From the NCBI GenBank assembly GCA_964057225.1, contig OZ059899.1:15438001-15502000 (forward strand): 64,000 nt of DNA, written 5' to 3'. Positions 39,962 to 54,838 of this stretch are shown one piece after another; the first letter of the stretch is position 1, and each line of letters starts with the position of its first letter. The stretch comes from Auanema rhodensis. Its lineage: Eukaryota; Animalia; Nematoda. A model generated the notes under the pieces. That model ran no database searches, was not told the origin of the DNA, and saw nothing but the letters and a program-made list of their open reading frames with translations. A program made the translations under genes and the position numbers.

Positions 39962-40033
39962 TGCCTCATGCTGGAATCGAACCAGCGACCTTCTGTTTAC
40001 TAGACAGACGCTCTGCCCCTGAGCCAATGAGGC
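39962..40033 (-). tRNA. tRNA-Thr(AGT)
   Basis: Reverse complement GCCTCATTGGCTCAGGGGCAGAGCGTCTGTCTAGTAAACAGAAGGTCGCTGGTTCGATTCCAGCATGAGGCA, followed by an oligo-T run. Confidence 0.93.
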
Positions 40034-41192
40034 TTGTAGGTTCTCTTCTTGTTTAAACATCTGAACTAAAATTCGGGGAAGTACTTCAGAGACTTTTTAA
40101 TTCAGCAACTACAGTTCTTTGTGTATAAAGACAGGAGGATTTAGTTTGAATTCTCTGTGTTTTGATTGCAAGCCATTGCTTTTTCAAAGTTTTTCTTGAA
40201 TATATCCCCCAGCTGTATGAAGTATAAGATGACTTCTTAAACTATATTTAACTATATGTATGTTTATGAATGATATGATGAATGAAGTCAATATATAGAC
40301 AACAAGGTGTAGAAGAGAAAGGAAGAACAACCAAAGAGATGATTGTGCTAACATCGCAACATATTTTGCGAAGAGTTTATAGCAATGCAAGAGAATAAGA
40401 CAAATTAATTGAATAATGATAGCAGAAAGGACAAGAGTAACAGGTCGAAGCTGCAGAGAGACCGATGCGAGGATAGAGCAGTTAGAGAGAGAGCATGTCT
40501 TCAGTTCTTCTTATCACAACTATTTCTTATCAATCTCCTTCTAGAAAGCGAGAAACAATAGTGCTTTACCAGCTATGTCTTCTTACATGTCCTTAGGAGC
40601 ACGTATAGCACAAATCATTCATTTGAATTTTTATTTTTACCTCCAATGTTTTTTTTTCTAATCCAAAAGTCTCATCCAGCTTTAACTCAAAGGTTACAAG
40701 CTCAGGCTTGAATCAAACTTTGGTTTATATACCACCTTGTCTGAACAGTTATCCTGCTTCATCGTCCTTGTTCAAAGCTTGACCACTGCTGTATGAAATG
40801 AAAAGAAATTCAAGTTTTCCATTCATATTTTTCATTTCAAACTTAATGTTACTCCAATGCTAACATGACCTAATGTCGAAAACATATTATCTGTCTGTCT
40901 ACTTCTGTTGCTATGTTGCTTATCTTGAAGATAGCTCTCATTTATTCTTTTTCTCTCTCTCTCTCTCTCTCTCTTTTTCTTCTTATGATATATAATAATT
41001 AACAGCTTTATATAAAGCTTCGTCAGATGTAAGGTATGATGAACATCGATGAGTAGGCTCTCGAGATGGGAACTTTGTCACTTAATGAAGTAAAATTTGT
41101 AATTTACTTGATTGAATTGTGCTTTCATAATTATTAATAATATGTACAAACTTTTGTTCTTCTCAACATTTGCCAGACAGAAGAAAGAGAGG

Positions 41193-41250
<58 letters not shown>

Positions 41251-43229
41251 AAGAGAGAGATTGAAGACTATTCTATGATATGTGTTATATGACTTTCATT
41301 TAAGCAAGATTTTCAATAGAATTGTTGCTAATAATTTGGCTACACTTTCGTTCAATGAACACACTTACGTAAGAGAGTATGAGAAGAATGAAATGCAACA
41401 GTATCATCGCTTAAGACATTTATGCTTCAATTTTTTTGTCTGTTCGCCCATATATGGAGTCTAAATGTCGTGTCAGTGATGATAAGTAATCTTGTTTTAT
41501 CGCTCTCATCCCGCTATTCTTCTTCTATCTGATACTCTCGGTCAACTGACCTTTTCTAGTTGCAAAACGAGCAAATGACACCATTCGATTGGCAGTGAGC
41601 AAGCTCGTAGCATATCACCAACCCATACATAATCTTTTTCATATCAATCTCTCTTTCATCTAACTATATCAAGTGGTAGAATAGTTATTAGAACATAATA
41701 AACTTGAATTTCAATATGCTAAGCATGAGGCTAAAAGCAGAGACATCATCGACAGTTATTCTGATCCAAGCTTCGAAAGTTGCGGCACGCGAAACACCTA
41801 CTCATCAGACTGTTGCAACAAGCCAATGAAGTGATGAATGAACATTAAGAGATAGTTTCATTATCTGATACTACTGATTATAAATAGTAATTCTAATCAT
41901 TTTACTTTACTTATAGACATATATATATATATAAATATAGAGAGAGAGAGAAAGAGATGAATACTCTCTTAAAATCATTTTTATCTCTCTTTCTCTCTCT
42001 CTTTTCATGTTCACTAACCTTTTTCCAACATTTGCACATCAGTTTTCTCTATACATCTTCTGTCTCTCCATTATAAATATAGTCTATAAGGTTCATGTTC
42101 TCATGTAACTCTCTATCCATATCAATTGTCTGATTTTTCAACTTTTGATTACGGTAGAACTTGCTGTCATTACAAATCGTCAAAAGTGCAATATTAGAGA
42201 AGAAGGCCAACTTCAGTTCATTATGGCTTTTCTGAGCAAATCAGCGTGTTGCTCTTTCTTCTTACCTCCCCTTTCCTGACTTTCTTTTCTGAAGTACAGT
42301 TCTCTCTTAAGCCTTTACTTCTCCCCCCTCCTCCACCCCCCCTCTCTCTCTCTTTCTAATTCTTTCCTACCTCTACTCTACCATATAGCTTTGTCAACTA
42401 TTTTCCTTTTCCAATATGTATTGTTGCGTTAGTTCATGTAGGATAGGTAGAAGGTCTTATCAGTTCGCCCACTTGATGCATAAATATTACCAAGCCTTAT
42501 CTGAGCTTTGTTGCCAAATCAGCCTGACATTCGACTCTATTCACCTAATTTCGTCAGTTTCCTTCTCTTTTTATTCTACTAAATACTTTTTTTCGTCTAC
42601 TAAATACTATTCTATTATTCATTTTTATAAAATATTTTTAGTTTTTTTAAAGTTTTAGAAAAAAAAAATTTAAAAAGAGTTATCTTAATTCTAGTTATAA
42701 TTAGTTAGTTAGTTATACATATATCTTAACTTTTTATAATCTTAACTATAACAAAATATTTTTATTAATATAATTTTAATACTTTTCATCGTTTTTTTTC
42801 TTCAAAAATCACATAAAATATGTGTTTTAGATGAAAAGACACGCATATAGAGATGGTTTAGTGAGTTCAAATAGGGAAGTTGCACACACATATTGGCTTG
42901 ATAATGCAGTTTTGAGTTGCGAAAACGAAAAAATTCCTTTTTGATTCATCCTACATACGAAAATTGATAACTAAAGAAAAGGCAAAAGAAACATTTAAGC
43001 CAATTGATAAGAAACAAAAAATTGTTTGAAATGACTTTAAGATAGATAAGCGAAATAGTGGATGGATGGATTGAATGGTACATTGATGGCAGAATAGTGG
43101 TGTGTGTGTGTGTGGGTCGAGGAGGGGGGGGGTGAATGAACACATCAAAAATGAAGCTGATAGAGAGTTGAATGATACATTTTCTTTTCTTTTTTTTTCT
43201 TGAAAAAGAAAAAGTTGCCAAGTACTTAC

Positions 43230-43270
<41 letters not shown>

Positions 43271-45579
43271 CATTTTGAGATGAGCTCATACTAGATTTTT
43301 CATTCTAATTTTCGTAGAAAGACGAAAAGTCCATTGACAAAAAAAAGATTATAAAGATAATACTAATTATTAAAAAATTAAATAAATATAATAAAAATAA
43401 ATAAAAAGATGTTTATACTATCTTATAACGGAAAATGAAAAAAGGTTTCAAAGACAAATTCTATGCTGTGAGTAAGCTTTACGTGTATCTTCTCTTATCA
43501 ATGTTATTTTCATATTTTCATATTTCTTTATTATTCATAATTAAAAGTCCACTTTAATTATATATTTTTCTCTTTATTATGTTCTATTATACTTCTATCT
43601 TATATATATATATATATATAGATATAGACATGTATATGTATCTTACTTTACCTTCTTCTGATAACCAAATAATAATATTTCATCATTATTCTATCTATAT
43701 TATAATATTTTTGTTTCTTCTTCATTTATCTATAAATTAATATAATTTTATTATATTTTATTCTAAAAATATCTTTCAATTTTTAAAAATCTACCTGATC
43801 TTATTTAGGTTCAAAGTTCATACATGCGTTTGCATGCTTCTACAACTTCCACTCTTTCTTCTTTTTTTTTTTGTGAAAAAACAAATCAAAATTCGGTATT
43901 TGCTTCGGAATAGCTTTACCTTAATTTTTATTTTATATTATTTAAAATTAATTAATTATTATATAGAAAATATAATATTTCTTTAATTTTTAACCTGTAT
44001 AATAGATTTCCCTCTTTTTTTCGTTCTTTTGGTGGTGGTCAATACACAAAAAAAAAGCTGGCAAAAGAGGAGAAGAAAAAACATAAAAAAGGAGAGAAGA
44101 AGTCAAAATACTTTTTGATATTTATGATAAAAAAATCAATTAAAAAAGAAAGTATAACATGATATGATGTGAAATGAAGTGAAGTAACTATTACTATTTC
44201 ATTTTCTTTTTTTTTTGTTCTTTCTTTCTTTTGATTTGTCTGCTCTTTAGGCTTCTATATACACAGACCTTTCTCTATCATTTGAGTGTTGAAATCAGTT
44301 TTTCTAAACAATTCAAACATTAGTCTGTCATCGTCAAATTCCTTATTTGAAAATAATTTTTTGTGTATGTTCAAATGTAAGAATCAGAGGAATTAGAGGA
44401 GAAAGTAGATAGATAGGTAGGTAAGTAGTAGGAGGTATGGATGAGAGGGAGTGAGGAGGAGGGAGAGAAGCTATGAAGAGATGGTCTTGATGGGTGTTCA
44501 GACACTATTTTAGGAAAAAGGAAAACGACTAGAGAAAGTTGATAGTAGGATAGTTCAACATATGATATGATGAGAGGACGAAATAAATAAAGAGAATTAT
44601 TACTAGAGAGAGAGAGAGAGAGAAAGAAAGAGGAGTAGGGAGGGAGATGAAGTTAGGTAGATAGTAAGAGCGTTAAACTAGCCAAACAAAAGCGGTGATG
44701 CTGGCAAAACCATCAAAAGTAGAAGAAGAAAAACAAAGTTTTGGATTCCATTGAAAAAGACAGAAAAAAAGCAGAAATATAGTTAGATACTATAGTAAAA
44801 TAAGAGATAAGCAGAGATACGAAATATAGAGAGCTGAGTGATATGATAGGACGTTCGTCGTCCTCCCCCCCTCTCTCCAACCGCATTCATTGGCAAGAAG
44901 AAGCTTGTATCGTTGTCACAGTTGCTGTAGATGGTTCGAATAAACACATTCAGCTTCTTCATGTACTATCCAGCTTGGTACAACATTAACTATTCCTTAA
45001 TATAAACTATATGTGCTATTAACTATCATCATGATGTCTCATATCTTTCATATTTGTCTATAAAAACTTGAGCATGAGCATGATCATCTTCAGCATTTTT
45101 CGAAATGTTTTTCAATAACTTTTTTCCTTTTAATTTCAAAAATTAAAACATGAAAATGCTTATTTTCTATTTAAGTTAAGATGATATTCGTTATGAAAAA
45201 TTGAAATTTTTAATTTAAAAACTATATAGCTTACTTGCCGCCGTGTGCACATGGAAGATTCCTTCCAAGTCCAAATATTTTCTATATTTATTTAAATTTT
45301 TAATAATTATATATTTTAACTTATTATAATTATCTTTAATTTAAAAAAAATATAAAATTATAGAAAAAAACAGAAAAAATGAATTAATTTCCCCTCACCT
45401 TCCTTATCTTCCTCTCTTTCATGCTCCCTTCTATCCCCCCCCCCACTCCCCCCAATCAAACCTTTTATTCTTTATTTCTCATATTTCTTTTATGATTATC
45501 TTTTTATTTTTTAATTATTTTCTCAACACACATTTCTTTTTAGAAATTCATACCTCATTTCAGATTTCCTTATTCTCGG

Positions 45580-46946
45580 ATGGACGCCAAAAATGGTTGG
45601 ACATCACAACATGACAAACTCTTGGCTAATTCCGCTAGTTCCGTTCACAGTACGTCGGTCCGATGATTGAATGAAAGATTCCTTTAGTTTTCTCTCCTAA
45701 GCAAGCTTTTCTCTCTCTCTTTCTCTCTCCCTCTCTCTCTCTTCAAATAAATCTTTTTTTCTCTTTGTCTCTCTCTCCTTCGTTGTCGCAATCAAACCTT
45801 TCTTTGATTTCTCTTTCTAAACTTTATGTCAAAAAACCTTTACCTCTGCTTTTAATTTTACCCTGAAAAATTACCCTTTTAATACAAAACCTATCTCTTT
45901 CTTTCTCTCTATCTCTCTCTCTCTCTCTACTAATATTCTCTTTCAACTATTAAATGTAGAAAATCTCAATTTAAATATTTCTTTCAGATATGATAGAACA
46001 GATACTTCCTCACTTAACAACGAATAAACGAAAATCTCAACAGCCAATCCATCAGCTGTTAGAGGTATTCTGAATATTCTTTATATGTCGTCATATCATC
46101 TATAATCTGAAATCTTAGGCTATGGCTAAGAAAGCAACTCCAGTTACAACTATGGCTACACTCAAGCAAGAATTTGAAGAGCTATGTAAGAAGAAACAAG
46201 ATTATCTAGCCAGACAACGTAAAACATCGCTTCTTGTGGATCCTCTACGTATTGATGATAGTACTCTGATGCATCAGTATGAGCATATAGTCTGATGCTT
46301 AACATTCCTTACCATCCTTTTGCAGATTTGCTTCTTTTTATCAGAAAATTTCAAATGCACCCATGACAGCAGAAGAACATCCGGAACAAATTCAGTTAAT
46401 CAATCAAGTTATTCAAGAGTCAGTTTTATAATCTTAACTATATGATATAACTAAATTTTGAAGATCAATTATCATTGAATGGCCGAAATCTGTAGCTGGT
46501 TTGACTCCAGATGGTGCACCACTCGAAATCGACATGGCTCCTCTGATACATCGTGCTCGTAATGTCGTTAAATGCCGTACAAGTCATCCAACAATGCGTA
46601 TCAAGTATGTCATCATCATCATCATCATGAACATCATCTAAACTATCTTCTGATCACGTCATGAGCAATTAATTTTCAGAGTATTTGCCATTTCAAAAGA
46701 TGAACATGTTAAGTTGCCTAATACGGTTGAAGCCTTTTTTCGAGCTACTCTTGTTAAACTTTCCAGTGAAAATGGAGAGCCAAGGTAAGATTTTTATAAA
46801 ATTTTAACTTTAAAAAGGTTTTATTTTGAAAACTTGTATTGTAGAGTAATGTGTACAAGTTATTAAGTATTCTACAGAATATATATTGACAAAAGATATA
46901 TAGAAAGAAATAGATAGATAAAGAGAGTTAGAGAGAGAGAGAGAGA

Positions 46947-46989
<43 letters not shown>

Positions 46990-49900
46990 TTTTTTTTATC
47001 AAATGAGACTTTTTTTAGTTGTCGTTCATCTTTTCTTTTTTTTAAATTTCAATAATAAGTATTTCATAATCACATGATAATGTGTATGTGTTTCTTTGGT
47101 CTGATTACTTGTGTTCAGATAGTTACTATCAAATACATGTATATACATATACATAAGTCCTTATTTAAAGTTGTTTGTGTTATGTTGTCGTTTTATTTGA
47201 ACAAAAAAAAAGAATGAAAATCAAAAAAGAATACTTCATATACGAATCGTAAACTTTCTTTTCCTCTGTCTCTCTCTCTCTCTCTCTCTCTCAAGAGTTG
47301 AAAGAGTCTCTCTTACTTTAAATTATTTGAAATAAAATAATTAAAAGGGTCATAGCAAGAGAGAGAGAGAGAGAGAGTGAGAGAGAGAGAGAGCAGGGGG
47401 TCGGTCAAAGATATCAGTGCTCACCTATACCTTGTCAATGATTTGTGAGCATCAAAAGATTAATTAATCATCCAATTTTCAATGATTTTTCTCTTCATTT
47501 CTCTTCATTCCAAACTATATAAAAGTGTGTATCATCGTTAACTATACACGCATAGTTAATGATTTGATTAGAAAAAGAAATATATAATATTGAGAATGTG
47601 TGGAAGAGACAACAGAAAATCAAAAAGATAATAGATAATATGATTGTGACATCATTGATATGATAAGTATTTCATTTCAAGCTTCTACTTCAATACAAAT
47701 ACATATCGAAGTTTAATTATCTTTCAAATATATTTGGAAAAATTAACAAAAAAAGTTCAAAATTGATCAAAAGAACTTGAATATGTGAGCATGAACTTAG
47801 GCTTCTCGGACAGAGTATAGTCTGTAATGGCGGTTGAGAATGAAGTGCAGTGGGTCAAAACACCGAGTTCAAATTCTAAAATACAATAATAAATATATTA
47901 TTTTAATAAATATAAATATTATAATATTATAAAATGTTTTTTTAAAAGTTCAAAATTCGAGTTTTAACTTTGCTCTTTGCTCAGACAAGTCGCTGGTCGT
48001 ATGATTCTAACTCAACGGGAAGGAACTCCTGCAACGAAAAGCCAGGATCAGAATGGTGCTACGGTTACTTCTGATGGCAAACTTGTTGCAAGTCAGGTAT
48101 ATCTAACAATACGTTTAATTGGATTATAAGTATAATGAATCTCATTGTTAGGCTGGGCCTGATGCTCACACCTGTGTTGTGCTAGATCAAATGGGTGAAT
48201 CATCAGCCAAGACAACTGGATTCAAATATGAAAATGGAACTTTATGTGCAACTTTTCCAGAAATGGTAAAACTTAACTATGCTTCTAGTTTCGAATAATA
48301 GTTAAATTGATTCAGGGTGTGACCCTCAATTCAATGGTTGATCGTCGTCAATTAGCTACACGATATGCTATTCAAGTTGAAGTTGTCCTGAATATAGATT
48401 ATAAACTTATTATTAATCAGGTTTCTATTCATTATTTTGAAAATATTTTTCATTTTTTATTATTTTCAGACAATTCTCTCACATCCATTCCTCATAGCTA
48501 TAACTAATGATCAAACTGAACCATTATTACATTCCATTTTCTGGAATCGTCTAACAGATAATGATGCCGTAAGTTACAACTTTTTAAAGTTTATACCGAA
48601 TATTTGAATTTGAAGGCTTCTGGAGAAAATGCTGAAAGTCATCAAACAGATGTAGCATTACCTTGGTCAATTCTACGATTAGCTCTATTGAACTTCATCA
48701 AAGCTCAACTTGTACAAGCTCGTTCACTTGAAATGCATGAGTTATGTCATCTTCAATGTATGATACTCTTACCAAGGTATACTGTATATTAACTATATCA
48801 TATAAATTATATAAATTAAGAGTTATTGATTGTAAACAAGCTAATGATGTAACAGCATTAGAACAAATGCTTTATGGAAATTCCAAATGTACAACCAAAT
48901 CAGAATTACGTGATCGTTTATTGGTTGAAGAAGTATTACCAGCAACTATTATTGAACGACAAGAATTTATGACTGTAAGAGAGCTTAACTATATATTTTA
49001 TTTTTAACTATATACATATAGTTAGTTATTTATTTATTTATAGAATAAATGCTTCTCAATTTTGGATATGTCAACTGAATTATCACATACAGTATGGTTA
49101 TGGCTATTTCGTGTATCAGAAATGGTATTAGATGTTGGACATCGGTAATTATTGATTAATATATATATAATTTATATATTATACTAACTATATCTAGCTA
49201 TTTATAATATTATAGATTGTGTCCTAGTCCATCATTAGCTGATAAGAAGACGTCAAAAACGAAGAAACAGATGGCTGCATCAGAAGAATACCAAACAATG
49301 CTCAGTTTATTCAATCGTGGGTAAGTTCAAAAGAATTTTCAAATATTATACTAACTATATGTAAGTTTATAACTATATTTTCTTATAGTTATATCACATT
49401 GGCTAGTGTAAATACTGCTACACGTATATTCCGAGAATCTGCTGAAGATAACAGCAGCTTAATGATGAGATTCTGTGATGAAAATTGTGGATTTTTATCA
49501 ATTGCATATGGTGTTGATGAAGGGTTAGTTAGTTATAATCTCTCTCTATATACGTATAGTTAGTATAATTAATATAATTTTAGAAATACTGATGTTCTTA
49601 AGTTAGGATCAATCTCATCAGAACAATTAAAAGATTTCAAACAGGGACTACCTGAAGTTTTAATGGATGAAAAATATCCATCAACTTTTGAGAAAATGCT
49701 TCAAATCACTTCACGAACTGATACACCTTTCGATTTTAATGTTCAACGTACAGAGTAAGTTTTATTAAAGTTTATAATTCCATATAAATTATTATAATTA
49801 TAGAAAACAATCGGTGTTTCATAGTTATCGTACAACACGCCTCCAAAATGAAAGTGTCCAAGTATTTGACACTGAAACAATCAGAATAAATCCATTAACA

Positions 49901-50813
49901 GGTTCATTTTTTATATTTTATAATAAGAACTTTATTATTTTAATTATATTTCTTAACAATATCTTTAAACTATACTCCCGAAAAGGATTGAAGAGCAAGA
50001 AACTTGGTCATGTCTGTCATGGCAGGAGAATTTCTCTTATAGATTTCAATAATCTCATCATTTCTCTTTAACTATACTATATAACTATATAATCTTTATA
50101 AACTTTAAACTTGAAAAAACTTCAAATACCAGTTGGTAACCACGATTCGAAGTTTTAAAAACTCGGATTCAATCCTTTTCGGAAGGGAATCGGAGCAGAT
50201 CTGTTAAATGCACGTCAGAACTGCTCAGATCAGACAATTTCCAAAACTATAACCTTTATATTTGATCAGATTTAATTTAAACATATATAGTATAATCAAA
50301 TAATATCAAACTATAACGTATAATCAATATAATTTGAAAATAAATTTGATTTGTTAACAGGTGAACGTATGGAACGATCTTATGTGAATACCGTACCCCA
50401 GAGTATGCTTAGTGGATTACAGAATATTCCACATTTGGGACAAGGTAACTATCAGATTATAACAGAACCATATACTCAACGTCTTGGGGCTTTCGAATTT
50501 TTAGGATTTGGTCAATCACTAGCAGGAACAACTCTACTGGCTATGATACATGAACAGATGATTCAACTGCAAAATGGTGGACGAAATCCTGAAATTGAGC
50601 AAAGTTTACGCAATTCAAGCACTGATGAACAGTAAGCTATAGTTAGCTATGCTAATTATACGATAACTATGCAGTGATGATAATTCGGATGATGAAGAAC
50701 CAGCAGCTACAGCTACATCTGGCACAAACAACTTCACGTCGTCGGATGTGACGAATACGGCATCTATTCTACAACAAACTTTAGAAGCAGCAGTAGCTTC
50801 AGCTGATGTTTAG
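45580..50813 (+). CDS. sta-2: Divergent STAT-like transcription factor (STA-2 type)
   Basis: ~17 exons. SHPFLIAITNDQ...SIFWN matches the STAT SLPVVVISN...ILW motif. Linker VWLWLFRV. Degenerate SH2 LMMRFCDENCGFLSIAY. Stop TAG 50811-50813. Confidence 0.78.
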
Positions 50814-52031
50814 ATGGAAACTTAAAAGAGAAACAACTCCTGCTCCTTATACCTTATCAGAGATATCATTGATTTCCATATTTCATTTCAAATTTTGACA
50901 ATTAGCGCACTTAATCACTTACAAACCATATCTAAGTATATATCATCATTAGCTGTTAATAAGCGTTAAGTTTAGAAACTTGAAGAAACTTTTTGAGTTG
51001 AATAGAAGAAATTTCTCCAATTTATTGATTATCATCACTAAAACTTTTTTCAAAACTTTATAAAAAGCTTTTTAACACAATGATTCATGATATATACTTA
51101 TATGTTTTTCATTTCGTTAATTATAATAAGTTCATTACATAATTAGGTTTTATCAAATTATGTTTATACTTCATACTAATCGAAGAGAAATCCAAAACAT
51201 ACATATCAGCCAAAGTCGTCATACCGTTCTTGCCTTTTCCTCAATTCTACTTGCTCCTCTCTCTCTCTTTCTCTCTCTCTCTCTTTATCTATATATATAT
51301 ATTCTTTTAGTTTCTTTAATTCTCATTATGATTTCTGTATCAATATAATATATGATATAACATATCATCTATACTGTACTGTCGTCCTCTGCTCTCCCGC
51401 CCCATTCCTAGCCTTAACATCTCCTCTCTCCCTCCCTCCCTCCCTCCCTCCCTTTCACTCTCGCTAGCGAACTTCACCCAGACTTCTCTTCTCCAAAAGG
51501 TTTTCGTTATAGTTTAGAAAGTATTTATCTTCTTCTGTTTGTCATAAACATCTGGCTTTCATCTTATTTTTCATCATTTCCGTTACACGTTATTAGATTT
51601 TCGTAATAGTTTCAACATATGACCGTCAATTTTGTTAGTTTTAAGCTTACACATCTATGTTCGTCACATCTGAAGCATCTTCTGTCCTCTTTCTTTTTTC
51701 GTCATCGTATCAATTTAGTTTTCCATTTTTTGATTTATATTCATTTAATATAAATTTTATTTTTTTACAAAAACTATCTAAACTACTACTCGAACATCTC
51801 TCATATTCACTCAGTATCAAACACATCACATAGTTTTTTTCATTAATTTGATGTTAACTATATGATATAGTTGTTTATTTAGTTTTTATATTCAAAAAAT
51901 ACCTCTAGGAGGTCTACCTTCTACTTTATTCGTGCCATTCATACAACTTGTCTCTGATATTCACGTCATGTAGTCCGACAGAAAGATTTTAGGCTCAATC
52001 TACTCGCTAACTATCTAGCATCATCATCATC

Positions 52032-52070
<39 letters not shown>

Positions 52071-52886
52071 TTAGCCAATATTCTTGATGTCTTTCCTGTG
52101 CTTCTAGTTGTGAGAGCTGTAACTCTTTTATTGTTTTCTCACTAAACTTTTTTGTATTCTTTAACTATACTGTGTGTGATAATAAATATTTTTTAAATCA
52201 AAAAATATGAGAAAAAATGAATTTTATTGTCCAAACAGACATACAAACTACAAATACACAGAGAAACAGGTAAAATCAAGATAATATATGAAGAAGAAGA
52301 AGAAGAATAGTATCAGGTAAAACATTGAATTTTCTTTAGAATTAGTATAATACAATAATTTATAAACTTGAGGTTAATCAAGAGAATGATCAAAAAACCG
52401 TTTAACTTTGGCTCAAAGAAATACAGAAACAGATAAAGAGAGAGAGAGAGAGAGAGAGAAGAGACAAAGAGAGAAGGAAGTGGAAAGAAGGTAAGGAAAA
52501 GAGGGAAGATGATTATAGATGAGGGATAGTATAGAGGGAAAACAAAATTTTAAAACACGTTTTAGTGAGAAGAAAACATAATACATACCCGTTAACGATA
52601 TATATCTTCTCGTTTCATATGCTTAACTTAAAGAAAATAAAATATAAACATTAACGAAATGAAAACAGAATTTCTCGTAGGGGGACGACGACTGCGACTG
52701 CGACTGCGTCGTCGTCGTCGTCTGCCTTCCAATACATGAAAAACTACAAATTTCCCAACATCAATCCTCATCCTCATCCTCATCCTTAACCATATCACAT
52801 AGATATATACATGTATTGATTGAAATAATTAGTTTTTAACTAATTATTATACGATTATATCGTATAAATTATATCCAAATAATCAG

Positions 52887-53962
52887 TCAATCATAGATAT
52901 TTAAGGTATCACGTTCACAATCATGCTCATCCAAAAAATCATGAACTTGTGGCGAATACTGAAATTTAAACAAAAAAAAATAATTTTAATCGACTTTAAT
53001 GATTATGTTAACTATAATCTTATTTTATTTTTTATTTTTTTGAATTTTAAATTGGAAATAAACAAGTTTTTTTACTTCAAAACACAAGCAGTACTATAGA
53101 TTTCTTAAAGGATTTGCCTCAAAAAATAACGATTTCAGACAAAAATCAATAATTGTTTCACTTTTTAGTTTAAAAAAGAAAAATCTTTTATATTCAAAAG
53201 ACAAATATTAATTATTGATTTTCACAAAAAAAAAGAAGAAGAAGAAGAAGAACTTACAGCTATAGCCATTAGACTAAGGAAAAGAGCAAATGTTGATTTG
53301 ATAACAATGAACCAGAAAAACTGGAAACGTTCTATTTTGGTGAATCCGAAAGATCCACAATCTTCTGATCGACTGCCACTAGAAGAAGAGAAGAAGAAGA
53401 AGAGTTGTTTCTTGTATATAACACATACCTCTCATGACAATCATATCCACTATCACGTATTACAACAGTTAGACCAAGTATAATACCAGCTAATGCATTT
53501 GCTATTTGAATTGATAGAAAGATTATAAGTAATTCTTAAAAAAGATAAATAATTAATCAATAATGATGCAAAAATGAGGAAAAAAATGAGGGAAAATGAA
53601 GATAATAAGAGAAAGTTAAGTAGTTAAGTACTGAAGAAGAAGAAGATGTATGAAGAAGTAAGAATAGAAGAATTGAAAAGAGATAAACAGAGATGATTCA
53701 AAGAAATTTCAAAAAAAAAAGAAAAAACTTACTTATACGTGGCTTAATGATATATATAACTGAACAACATAATATTATAATTTCAGTTATAGTAAATACA
53801 AAGACAATCCATTGACATGTTTGATGTAAAATAATTGTATATAGTAAAGCACTTACAATAATTGCTAATGATAAAATCTAAAAGAAAAAAGAAAATTAGT
53901 TTTAAAACGAAATTTTGAAAACAAACCTGACAGATAATGAGAAAGAATTTAAATCCTTTCAT
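52887..53962 (-). CDS. Small (~160 aa) four-transmembrane protein with a Cys pair in loop 2
   Basis: Five exons with canonical GT-AG sites splice in frame: MKGFKFFLIICQILSLAIIVSALL...KPRIKLLIIFLSIQIANALAGIILGLTVVIRDSGYDCHESGSRSEDCGSFG...FFWFIVIKSTFALFLSLMAIAYSPQ...NIYD*. Confidence 0.75.
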
Positions 53963-54072
53963 ATTATATTAACAATGAAAAACATTCAAATGATATATAG
54001 ATGAAATGGTAGAAGAAGATTGTATGATGATTGTAGTCTAGAAAGGTACTTTGATCAGTTGAAATCATTTAT

Positions 54073-54103
<31 letters not shown>

Positions 54104-54193
54104 TTCTCTTTAATATGAACGAACGACAAAAAGAGAAAAAAAGAAAAATTATTGAGGGAAATGTAAAATTTGAAGAGAGAAAGAGAGGGAAAA

Positions 54194-54228
<35 letters not shown>

Positions 54229-54782
54229 TCTAAAACAAATGAAAATGAAGATTGAAGATTGAAGAAGATGATATAACATAAGCTATGTATATTAAGATGA
54301 AAACAATGTATTGTTGATGGAAGTTAGATGATTGTCATCATACTACTAGACAGACAGATTTGTATATTCATTGGAACTTTGGTAAATCAGTAATACATCT
54401 ATGAATAGAGTCAAGTATGAAATGTAATGATGTAATTGGATGAAGAAAAGTAAGAGAGAGAGGAAAGTCATGTAATCTTCAGTTTTACCCGGAAAAATAG
54501 GAAGAAATACCGGTTCACCTGTTCATGAGAGGATGGCAGTAGATGAATAGATAGAGAATAGTTAGGAAGTAGATCATATAGTATATAAATGATAAAGAAA
54601 TAGAAGAAGAAGAAGGAGAATATAATGGATATGAGATTTGAAAGAAATGAAAAGAAAAATTGAATAGAATGGTGAAACGAAAGAGAAGAAGAACAGACAT
54701 ATATGGTATGAATGAGTAAAAGTCACAGTAATATGTTAGAAGAATGTGAAAGCTATTGAGGTATAACATGACATAGAGAGAG

Positions 54783-54838
<56 letters not shown>

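Noticed and set aside
39962-40033. tRNA-Thr D-loop variant (AGGGGC instead of the usual AGTGGC) as a pseudogene sign
   Set aside because: All stems, the B box and the terminator are intact; a single loop change is insufficient evidence.
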